DNA of 64,000 nucleotides from Reclinomonas americana ATCC 50394 (lineage: Eukaryota). Of this stretch, positions 39,478 to 47,701 are shown in pieces (the first letter of the stretch is position 1; each line of letters begins with the position of its first letter). The translations under genes and the position numbers were made by a program. Below the pieces are notes generated by a model. It was not told the origin of the DNA, searched no databases, and worked only from the letters and a program-made list of their open reading frames with translations. Location of the stretch: the NCBI GenBank assembly GCA_048213135.1, contig PS015009.1, positions 2,232,001-2,296,000 on the forward strand, in the 5' to 3' direction.

Positions 39478-40506
39478 TTATCGTGCTTCGCTCAGCCGGC
39501 ATTCATTCAGGTGAACGCCGAGGGTATGTACCATGCCGCATTTAATGGCGAAATTATTTTTCTGGTGTCCCACAGGAAAATCGAAACATACCGGGAAGCT
39601 GTATTCCTTTACTTTATCGAGTACGATCTGTTCCAATGTTTGACCAAACTCTTCACCTTCATCATCTTTTTTGATCTTGAAGCCGCCCACAATAAGACCG
39701 ATCAGTTTGTCGAGTTTACCGCTTCGTTTCAGGTTCCAGAACATACGATCGATACTGTACAGGTATTCCCCGGTGTCTTCTACAAAAAGGATCTTTCCTT
39801 TGGTATTCAGATCGCTCTTACTGCCTGCCAGTGTCTCCAGTGTTTTCAGGTTACCGCCTACCAGTTCGCCTGTGGCGAGTCCCGTCCTGTTATTGGGGTT
39901 GGGAGCGAAAGTATACCGCATCTTTTCACCGGTGATGCACTGGCGGATGGAATCAATCGTTTCTATTTGTATGGGCTCCGCCTTGCTCCAGTCGGATGGA
40001 AAACTGTTGCACATTTTGGAATGAATGGTCATGATGCCCTGGTTGCGGTTGATGTGGGAATGCAGCACGGTAACATCACTAAAGCCGATGAGCCATTTGG
40101 GTTTGTCGGAAAATTTTTTAAAACTGAGCTGGTCGATGATGCGGATGGCGCCATACCCGCCCCGGGCGCAGAGTATAGCTTTAATGTCCTTATCATCCAG
40201 CATTTCCTGCATGTCGGTGAGCCTTTCCGCGTCGGTACCTCCAAACGTAAAGTTCCTTTTACCTACGGTGGAGCCGGTCACGACATTAAACCCCCATTCT
40301 TTCAGTTTACTTACAGCCGGCTGAATATCCTCATTCGTAATATAGCCCGCCGGGCAGGTGATGCCAATGGTATCTCCCGCTTTTAAAAAAGGCGGCGCAA
40401 TGAGCGGGCCTTCATTAGAAATATATTGCGACGGCGACTCTTTGGCCAGCGCCTTCATAGCTGCTCCGCTGGCGAGAACAGATGCGAGAAATTTCTTACG
40501 TTCCAT
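39478..40506 (-). CDS. LD-carboxypeptidase (peptidase S66) with possible export signal
   Basis: RGGYG, GFSDVT, GGNL, EDTGE and FPVGH motifs; N-terminus MERKKFLAS...ALA is Tat-like. Confidence 0.92.
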   Translation of the reverse strand: MERKKFLASVLASGAAMKALAKESPSQYISNEGPLIAPPFLKAGDTIGITCPAGYITNEDIQPAVSKLKEWGFNVVTGSTVGKRNFTFGGTDAERLTDMQEMLDDKDIKAILCARGGYGAIRIIDQLSFKKFSDKPKWLIGFSDVTVLHSHINRNQGIMTIHSKMCNSFPSDWSKAEPIQIETIDSIRQCITGEKMRYTFAPNPNNRTGLATGELVGGNLKTLETLAGSKSDLNTKGKILFVEDTGEYLYSIDRMFWNLKRSGKLDKLIGLIVGGFKIKKDDEGEEFGQTLEQIVLDKVKEYSFPVCFDFPVGHQKNNFAIKCGMVHTLGVHLNECRLSEAR

Positions 40507-40644
40507 AATTACTGGTTGATGGAAAGGGAAGATAGCGCTTCTTCATGGAAAATTTCTTTTCTCTTCCCAACCCGGGGCTTTATTCGTACGTCATGGTGTA
40601 TGGTAAGCATGCCTGCCTTTCATTCTTTATCTTAAAAAAATATT

Positions 40645-41229
40645 ATGATAACCTTATACAGTAAAACGATAGTGCTTTTCTCCCTGCTCACTAATATTGT
40701 GGTGCAGGAAGTACCGAAAGGCTGGACCAAGGCCGGCAGTATGGCGGCTAAATACGAAACCGGAACGGTTGCAGATAAGCACCTCGGCAGCCAGGTGGCT
40801 TACCTGCGATCGGTTGATGATGAGATCAACGGTTTTGGTACACTCATGCAGCAATTCAGTGCCGGTGTATACAAAGGAAAGCGGCTCCGGCTGTCCGGGT
40901 GGATGAAAGCGGAACAGGTGAAACAATCTGCCGGGTTCTGGATGCGGATTGACCAGAACGGCACCAGTTCATCACTGGCCTTTGATAATATGTCGAAACG
41001 CCCTGTGAAGGGAGATGCGGAATGGACCAGGTATGAAATTGTGCTGGATGTGCCCGAGAACGCGGACCTGGTTTCTTTCGGGGCCTTGCTTACCGGAACC
41101 GGCCAGGTGTGGATCGATAACCTGAGGTTTGATGTGGTAGATAACTCAGTACCCACAACTGCACCAACGGCGCCAATCATGAGCCGGTCATACCCCCAGG
41201 GGCCGGTCAACCTCAATTTTCAGCAATGA
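40645..41229 (+). CDS. Exported protein with a galactose-binding-like beta-sandwich domain
   Basis: GWTKAGS...FGTLMQ...YKGKRLRLSG...AGFWMRID...FDNM...WTRYEIVLDVP...GQVWIDNLRFDVV. Confidence 0.7.
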   Translation: MITLYSKTIVLFSLLTNIVVQEVPKGWTKAGSMAAKYETGTVADKHLGSQVAYLRSVDDEINGFGTLMQQFSAGVYKGKRLRLSGWMKAEQVKQSAGFWMRIDQNGTSSSLAFDNMSKRPVKGDAEWTRYEIVLDVPENADLVSFGALLTGTGQVWIDNLRFDVVDNSVPTTAPTAPIMSRSYPQGPVNLNFQQ

Positions 41230-41276
41230 TATTGAAGGATAGATCATAATTTTAAAACCATACCACCGGTCCACTC

Positions 41277-41837
41277 TTGATACCAGTTTCCCCACATATC
41301 GTTGAAGGTTGTAAAAATGGCGACCGTCTCTGCCAGCACCGGCTGTACGACCATTGCTATGAAGATATGCTGAAACTCTGCCAGGGTTATTGTTTTCAGA
41401 AGGAAGACGCAGGTGGTTTGTACAACACAGCGATGCTGAAAGTCTTCAGCAGTATACATACCTGCCGGGAAACAGCATCGCTGATGGGCTGGATCAGGCG
41501 CATCGTTGTCAATACCTGTATCGACCATTGCCGCCGGCAGGTAAAACCGGCGATGCATCCTGCGGGCGAACCCAGGGAGGAAGATGTGATGATATCTCCG
41601 GAAGTGTATGGTAAAATATCAGCGGAAGAAACCCTGCAACTGGTAAAGGAACTGCCGGTGAATACTGGACTTGTTTTTAACCTGTTTGTGATAGAAGGCT
41701 ACAGTCATGAAGAGATAGGTGAACTGCTGGGTATTGCCGCAGGTACTTCCAAATGGCACCTGAACGAGGCCCGCCGCCTGCTGAAACAAAAACTGGAATT
41801 ATTGTACCAAACAAAAAAGTACTCTTATGTCAGTTAA
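41277..41837 (+). CDS. ECF RNA polymerase sigma-70 factor
   Basis: GWIRRIVVNTCID (region 2) and VFNLFVIEGYSHEEIGELLGIAAGTSKWHL (region 4); TTG start. Confidence 0.92.
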   Translation: MIPVSPHIVEGCKNGDRLCQHRLYDHCYEDMLKLCQGYCFQKEDAGGLYNTAMLKVFSSIHTCRETASLMGWIRRIVVNTCIDHCRRQVKPAMHPAGEPREEDVMISPEVYGKISAEETLQLVKELPVNTGLVFNLFVIEGYSHEEIGELLGIAAGTSKWHLNEARRLLKQKLELLYQTKKYSYVS

Positions 41838-43674
41838 TGACGAATATATAGATGATCTTTTCCGCCGCAGGCAGGAAGAGTTGTCACCCGGTACGGCCGG
41901 TAAAGACCGGCACTGGGAAGAAATGGCGGCTATGCTGAACCAGCAGCCCGCACCGCCTAAAATAAGGAAGAAGGTCACGAAACGCATTATTACTTACCTG
42001 GGTGTAGCTGCGCTGGTAACTGCAGTAACTTATTATTCGGTTACCCGTAAACGTGAGTATAGGCCTGCAGCTAAAACGGAGCCTACTTCCGTTACCCAAC
42101 CATCTCCTGGCAGTAAAGTAAAACAGGCTCCTGTTAAAACCGGTACTGATGTTGCGAAAACACAGCCCGCGGTTAAGGCCAGTACCGCTGTACCAGCCCG
42201 CAAACCTGTAAAAAAACAGGGCGGCAGCTTCGTTTTTACGAAAATAAAAGAAGAGTCGGATACGGTATGGCAGCACCAGCAATCATCCCCTGCTGCGATA
42301 TCATCAATGGAAATCGCAACGAACCTCGATAATTTTTTCCATGTACAGCAACAGCCGGAACAGGTATTTGAATTTACAGCCGGAAGAGATACCCTATTGT
42401 TCGGCGGTGAAGGAACGGTACTGAAGATACCCGCTTTTGCTTTTCTTGATGTTTATCACAAACCGGTAAAAGGGCAGGTGCAGATCAAACTGACCGAATG
42501 TTATAACTATGCCGATATGCTGGCCCACCGCCTCACCACCACATCAAACGGAGAGCCGCTGGTAACCGGTGGTATGGTAAAAATAGATGCTGTCCAGGAA
42601 GGGAAGCCCCTGCGCATACAGTCATACCAGCCCATATCCGTCGCCATGCCTATGGACCGGTATGACCCGGGTATGCAGTTGTTCCTCCCTGCGGCACCGG
42701 AACTGAAGATCAGCGCCCCGCAACCGAAAACGGTAAGGGACAGCCTTTTTGTTAAAGTGCCTGGTAAAGACAGTGCCGTATGGATAGCTGCAGCAGTGCA
42801 GGAGATGAAGGGGGATACGGTTACTGCTACCCCGGCAGTAGGGGTCAACTGGGTACCTGCGGGGCAGCGACAGGCGTTGACCATCTATAAAAACTATGTT
42901 GCTGCCAAACAGATCAAACTCTTTGACCTGCGCCAGCGTATAAAAGGCATCAATGATGGTGATGAAGCCTCATTCCTGGTACGAACATTCAGCAACATAC
43001 CCGATGAAAAAATTAAACAATTGATCCAGCTGCGCTACAACGCTGCAGGATACAAACGCATACACATTGAACGGGTAAGCAGTTTTGAAGATGAAGTGAA
43101 AGGAAAAGATACCCGCATACTGATCTCAAAAGGAGGTTTTGTGGCAGGCGACTCCGTGATGATGAACTTTACACAGGCCATGAAGGAAAACCTGGTGAAC
43201 AGCAGTGACAGTATACGTTTTATGCAGAAGCTGCGGATGGACAGTATTGAATTTTTCGAAAAATGGCGGAGCGATAGTATTGCTTATGTACGGCGGCTGG
43301 AATTCAATAAGGCCTATAGTTTTAATATCACCGGCCTGGGCTGGATCAATTGCGACAGGTTCATGAACCGTGGCCAGTCCCAACTGGAGTTCACCATTAA
43401 AATGGAGCCCGGCACTCATAAAGGTAACAGCGATTACAAACTCGTTTTTACCAATATGAAAAGTATATTGCCCGGGCGGTATGAAAGCGGGTTGGTGAAT
43501 TTTGGGATGGTACCTGCTGGGGAGCCGGTGCACGTGATATGTGTATCGGAGAATGAGGGTAAGCCCATTGCCTGTATTCAAAGAGCAGTAACAGGAAAAG
43601 AGGCGATGGCGAGGCTGGTATTTGAGCCGGTTACACCAGCGCTGTTCCGGGAAAGATTGTTGCAACTGAAATAA
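41827..43674 (+). CDS. Single-pass membrane protein, probable anti-sigma/sensor
   Basis: Overlaps the sigma stop; N-terminal IDDLFR...W motif, TM, P/K linker and a large extracytoplasmic domain (LGWINCDRF). Confidence 0.65.
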   Translation: MSVNDEYIDDLFRRRQEELSPGTAGKDRHWEEMAAMLNQQPAPPKIRKKVTKRIITYLGVAALVTAVTYYSVTRKREYRPAAKTEPTSVTQPSPGSKVKQAPVKTGTDVAKTQPAVKASTAVPARKPVKKQGGSFVFTKIKEESDTVWQHQQSSPAAISSMEIATNLDNFFHVQQQPEQVFEFTAGRDTLLFGGEGTVLKIPAFAFLDVYHKPVKGQVQIKLTECYNYADMLAHRLTTTSNGEPLVTGGMVKIDAVQEGKPLRIQSYQPISVAMPMDRYDPGMQLFLPAAPELKISAPQPKTVRDSLFVKVPGKDSAVWIAAAVQEMKGDTVTATPAVGVNWVPAGQRQALTIYKNYVAAKQIKLFDLRQRIKGINDGDEASFLVRTFSNIPDEKIKQLIQLRYNAAGYKRIHIERVSSFEDEVKGKDTRILISKGGFVAGDSVMMNFTQAMKENLVNSSDSIRFMQKLRMDSIEFFEKWRSDSIAYVRRLEFNKAYSFNITGLGWINCDRFMNRGQSQLEFTIKMEPGTHKGNSDYKLVFTNMKSILPGRYESGLVNFGMVPAGEPVHVICVSENEGKPIACIQRAVTGKEAMARLVFEPVTPALFRERLLQLK

Positions 43675-43747
43675 ACGATGTGTTTTAAAAGTAAGGCGGT
43701 GCTGCGGATGCGGACCGTCTTTTTTATTGGCAACCCGGCTTTCGGCT

Positions 43748-43816
43748 GTGTTCTTGTAACCGCGGAGAAACGAAGAATGCGGAGGATGTCATCCCAACAA
43801 AAGGAGGGATCTCATG
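43748..43816 (+). repeat. Intergenic repeat of about 70 bp (accgcrgag...tgtcatccc...gatctcatg); partial second copy at 43880-43917
   Basis: Near-identical to the reverse complement of 46442-46510. Confidence 0.8.
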
Positions 43817-44156
43817 TTCCGCCGGGGTCTTCGGGACGAGACCCCTGTGAGGATTTTTTACAGGATATGCCCTTCGGTTGTGTTGTTGTAACCGCAGAGC
43901 AACGAAGAACGCGGAGATACGTGAAAGGCATTGAATTCTGAACTGCACCTGTTGTCTGTGGTTTGTTGTCTGTCGTCAATACCCCCGGTCTCCCTGCGTT
44001 TTTTTAATCTACCCTTCCGACTTCCCCCGCTTTTCGGTAATTTTGCGGCGTTAGCGGCGTTTTGGCTGAATAATGATATACAGTACAAGCGTGCGACCCC
44101 GCCATAAAGCGGGGCAAGCTGCCAAACGCTGGCAACAGTACTAAAGCCGGATAATA

Positions 44157-46289
44157 ATGGACACACCCAAAAGATACCTGGTCACTTCGGCATTACCTTA
44201 TGCCAACGGACCCAAGCATATTGGTCACCTTGCAGGTGCTTACCTGCCCGCGGATATATATGTACGCTACCTGCGTGCGCAAAAAGCGGATGTAGTATAT
44301 GTATGCGGCAGCGATGAACATGGCGCCGCTATTACCATGCAGGCCATGAAAGAAAAAACAACCCCCAGGGCCATCGTGGACAAATACCATGCAATGCTGA
44401 AAAGCAATATGGCCGACCTGGGTATTTCTTTCGATATCTATCATCGTACTTCAGAACCGATCCACCACCAGACCGCGAGGGAATTTTTCACCGCGCTGAA
44501 CAACAATGGTGAGCTGGAACTGAAAGAATCGGAGCAGTACTATGATGAGTCAGCCGCCACTTTTTTGGCCGACCGCTATATTATGGGTACCTGTCCCGTA
44601 TGCGCCAATCCTAACGCGTATGGCGACCAGTGCGAAAAATGCGGCACTTCGCTGAGCCCGGAACAACTGATTAACCCGCACAGTACGTTAAGTGGCAACC
44701 CGCCGGTAAAGCGTACTACCAAGCACTGGTACCTGCCGCTGAACAAGCACGAAGACTTTTTGCGGAAATGGATATTGGAAGAACATGTTGCCGACTGGAA
44801 ACCCAATGTGGTAGGGCAGTGTAAAGGATGGATCGAAGCCGGCCTGCAACCCCGCGCCGTTACCCGTGACCTGGACTGGGGTGTACAACTGCCCGCCGAT
44901 GTGCCGGGTGGCGAAGGCAAAGTGCTGTACGTGTGGTTTGATGCACCGATCGGTTACATCAGCGCCACCAAACAATGGGCGCTCGACAATGGCCGCGACT
45001 GGGAACCTTACTGGAAAAGTAAGGATACCAAACTGGTGCATTTCATCGGTAAGGATAATATCGTTTTCCATTGCATCATCTTCCCGGTGATGCTGAAACT
45101 GCACGGTAATATTTTGCCTGACAATGTACCCAGCAATGAGTTCATGAACCTGGAAGGGGATAAGATGAGTACCAGCAGGGGATGGAGCATTGAAATGGAA
45201 GACTATATCAACGATTTTGTAAAACCCGACAATGGCGGTGATATGATGGTGGACGCCCTGCGTTACTATCTTACGCAGATTGCACCGGAAACCAAGGACA
45301 GCGAATTTACATGGAAAGGTTTCCAGGACGCGGTAAACAGCGAACTGGTGGCCATCTTCGGCAATTTCGTGAATCGCACTTTTGTGCTGATGCATAAACT
45401 CTGCGGAGGTAAAGTGCCTGCATACCATACAGCGATCGCTGATGAGGCTGACAGCGCTATGTTCGCAGCTATGAAATCTACCCAGCAGCAACTGGAAACA
45501 CTGATCGAAGGATATAAATTCCGTGATGCGCTTTTTGAAGTGATTGACCTTGCCCGCAAGGGAAATAAATACATGCAGGAAAAACAACCCTGGATTGTAG
45601 CCAAAACCATTGGTGACGATGGCAAGCCCACGGCTGAAGCGCAGCAGCAGATCGATAATTGTCTGCACATTTGCCTGCAGTTGTGCGCCAACCTGGCCGT
45701 GTTCATCAATCCTTTCCTTCCTTTCACCGCGAAGAAAATGTGTCACATGATGAAAGTGGTGGAAAAAATGCTCGACTGGGAGAACGCCGGTAAACCTAAA
45801 TTACTGAGTGCGGGTTATTCGCTTCGCGAACCACAGTTGTTGTTCCGTAAAGTGGAAGATACTGAAGTGAATGCGCAAGTGGAGAAATTGAAGACCAGGA
45901 GCGCCGCTTTAAATACTGCTCCGGCCCCTGCGGCAGAAACAAAAGTTGCCCCTTCACTGAAAGATGAAATACAATTCGATGATTTCGCGAAGATCGATTT
46001 AAGGGTGGGTACCATCCTCTCTGCCGAAAAAGTGGAGAAAGCGGATAAGCTGCTGAAACTGCAGGTAGACCTGGGTTTTGAACAAAGAACCATCGTAAGC
46101 GGTATTGCGCTTCACTTTGATCCTGCCGCGATCATCGGCAAACAGGTAGTGGTAGTAGCCAACCTGGCGCCACGTAAAATGAGGGGTATTGAAAGCAATG
46201 GAATGATACTGATGGCAGAGGATGCTTCAGGTAAACTGCATTTTGTAAACCCCGATAATGTGATCGACCCCGGAGCTGGGGTTAATTAA
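44157..46289 (+). CDS. metG: Methionyl-tRNA synthetase with C-terminal tRNA-binding domain
   Basis: HIGH motif (PYANGPKHIGH), Zn knuckle CPVC/CEKC, YVWFDA, KMSTS and C-terminal OB fold; TAATTTTG promoter box at 44038. Confidence 0.98.
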   Translation: MDTPKRYLVTSALPYANGPKHIGHLAGAYLPADIYVRYLRAQKADVVYVCGSDEHGAAITMQAMKEKTTPRAIVDKYHAMLKSNMADLGISFDIYHRTSEPIHHQTAREFFTALNNNGELELKESEQYYDESAATFLADRYIMGTCPVCANPNAYGDQCEKCGTSLSPEQLINPHSTLSGNPPVKRTTKHWYLPLNKHEDFLRKWILEEHVADWKPNVVGQCKGWIEAGLQPRAVTRDLDWGVQLPADVPGGEGKVLYVWFDAPIGYISATKQWALDNGRDWEPYWKSKDTKLVHFIGKDNIVFHCIIFPVMLKLHGNILPDNVPSNEFMNLEGDKMSTSRGWSIEMEDYINDFVKPDNGGDMMVDALRYYLTQIAPETKDSEFTWKGFQDAVNSELVAIFGNFVNRTFVLMHKLCGGKVPAYHTAIADEADSAMFAAMKSTQQQLETLIEGYKFRDALFEVIDLARKGNKYMQEKQPWIVAKTIGDDGKPTAEAQQQIDNCLHICLQLCANLAVFINPFLPFTAKKMCHMMKVVEKMLDWENAGKPKLLSAGYSLREPQLLFRKVEDTEVNAQVEKLKTRSAALNTAPAPAAETKVAPSLKDEIQFDDFAKIDLRVGTILSAEKVEKADKLLKLQVDLGFEQRTIVSGIALHFDPAAIIGKQVVVVANLAPRKMRGIESNGMILMAEDASGKLHFVNPDNVIDPGAGVN

Positions 46290-46310
46290 ATGAAGGAATT
46301 AAGAATGAAG

Positions 46311-46338
46311 GAGGGAAGTTAGCTTCCCTCTTTTTATT
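46311..46338 (+). terminator. Intrinsic terminator after metG
   Basis: GAGGGAAG-ttag-CTTCCCTC followed by TTTTTATT. Confidence 0.85.
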
Positions 46339-46415
46339 GGGACAAGTTGACTGCAGGCGACGCTGCAGTTCAAAATTCAATGCACTCTGCTTTCTTCATC
46401 CTCCGTATTCTTTGG

Positions 46416-46435
46416 NNNNNNNNNNNNNNNNNNNN
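46416..46435. other. Assembly gap (20 N)
   Basis: Run of N directly beside a repeat copy. Confidence 1.
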
Positions 46436-46441
46436 GCGGAG

Positions 46442-46510
46442 CATGAGATTCCTCCTTTCGTCGGGATGACATCTTCCGCGTTCTTCGTTGCTCTGCGGTT
46501 ACAATAACAC
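46442..46510 (-). repeat. Inverted copy of the repeat at 43748
   Basis: Reverse complement reads gtgttattgtaaccgcagagcaacgaagaacgcggaagatgtcatcccgacgaaaggaggaatctcatg. Confidence 0.8.
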
Positions 46511-46640
46511 CGCCGCAGGCCGGATTCGTGGAATTAATTCCCCAATTCAACCCCATTTGTACACTTAATCGTTAACAAAAACAGCCTTGCGCTTTTGGTA
46601 GAGAATTTGTACCTTATCGGGTACTCTAAAAATCATTTTT

Positions 46641-47684
46641 ATGCGAAAAAAACTCTTAATAACCACCATCTTGTTATCCGTCGCTTTTGTATCATTTGCA
46701 CAGCAGGCCGACTGGACCATGATCCCTTACCGCACAGGTGATAAATGGGGTTACTCCTCCGTTGATCAGAATGTACTGATACAACCGCAATACGAAGACG
46801 CAGGCTGGTTCTATGGCGGATATGCCGTTGTGAAAAAAGGCGGTAAGTATGGTTACATTGACAGAACAGGAAGGGTAGTGATCCCTTTCAAATATTTTTC
46901 AGCCAAACCTTTTCGTTATGGTTATGTAGATAATAAAGCGAAAAATAAATCCGACACCGTGCTTTTTGCCGGCGCTGCTCCCAAGGCCGATGGTTACGAG
47001 ATCTGCATCAATACCCGTGGCGAACGACTGAATGTTTGCCCCGCGATGAATGAAAATGCCGATCCAACCAACAAAGGCCCCATGGAAGTAAAAGAGAAAG
47101 TATATTCACTGACGTCCACCAACGGGCTGTTTGACAAAATATTTGATGATTATACCGTGCCCGGAAGTGCCGACAATTATTACATCGCCCAGAAGAATAA
47201 CCTCTATGGCGTGTTCAATAATAAATTCGAAGTGCTGATACCATTCGAATACAATGCACTCACCCGCGTAACCGTAGGAGATAAAGTTTACCTGGTAGCG
47301 AAAAAAATGGATGTGAACGGTGTATTCCGTGGAGATGGTTCCATTTTGATACCGGTGGAGAACAGCTCCATTGCTTATGTTAAAGGCAGGGATAATGATA
47401 ATTATTTCATCATTTCCAAAGACGGAAAAGCCTATGCACGCACCCTGGAGAATAAGGACGTTTTCATTTCCCAGTATGCCGACATCAGTTACGACAGCAA
47501 CGGTGGTTTCGTAATTACCGACGCGGGCAATAACCGTGGTTTTTATTATCTCAACAACACGCTGGTAGCGCCGAAGTACAGCGATGTGAAACTGGTGAAC
47601 AATTCTTCTTTCCTGCTGGTGAAAACCAAAACAGGGAAGTCTGGCTATGTAAGCGCTAACGGAACAGAATATTTTAAAGACTAA
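46641..47684 (+). CDS. Secreted WG-repeat protein
   Basis: Signal peptide; KWGY...IQPQYEDAGWF..GYAVVKKGGKYGYID repeats. Confidence 0.88.
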   Translation: MRKKLLITTILLSVAFVSFAQQADWTMIPYRTGDKWGYSSVDQNVLIQPQYEDAGWFYGGYAVVKKGGKYGYIDRTGRVVIPFKYFSAKPFRYGYVDNKAKNKSDTVLFAGAAPKADGYEICINTRGERLNVCPAMNENADPTNKGPMEVKEKVYSLTSTNGLFDKIFDDYTVPGSADNYYIAQKNNLYGVFNNKFEVLIPFEYNALTRVTVGDKVYLVAKKMDVNGVFRGDGSILIPVENSSIAYVKGRDNDNYFIISKDGKAYARTLENKDVFISQYADISYDSNGGFVITDAGNNRGFYYLNNTLVAPKYSDVKLVNNSSFLLVKTKTGKSGYVSANGTEYFKD

Positions 47685-47701
47685 GAAATAAAGAAAGATA
47701 G

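Noticed and set aside
39469-40386. 305-aa ORF antisense to the LD-carboxypeptidase; likewise 44688-45746, 50846-51835 and 10315-11055
   Set aside because: Shadow ORFs opposite well-supported genes, with no recognisable motifs.
43678-44166. Short ORFs between the anti-sigma gene and metG
   Set aside because: They are made of repeat and terminator sequence.
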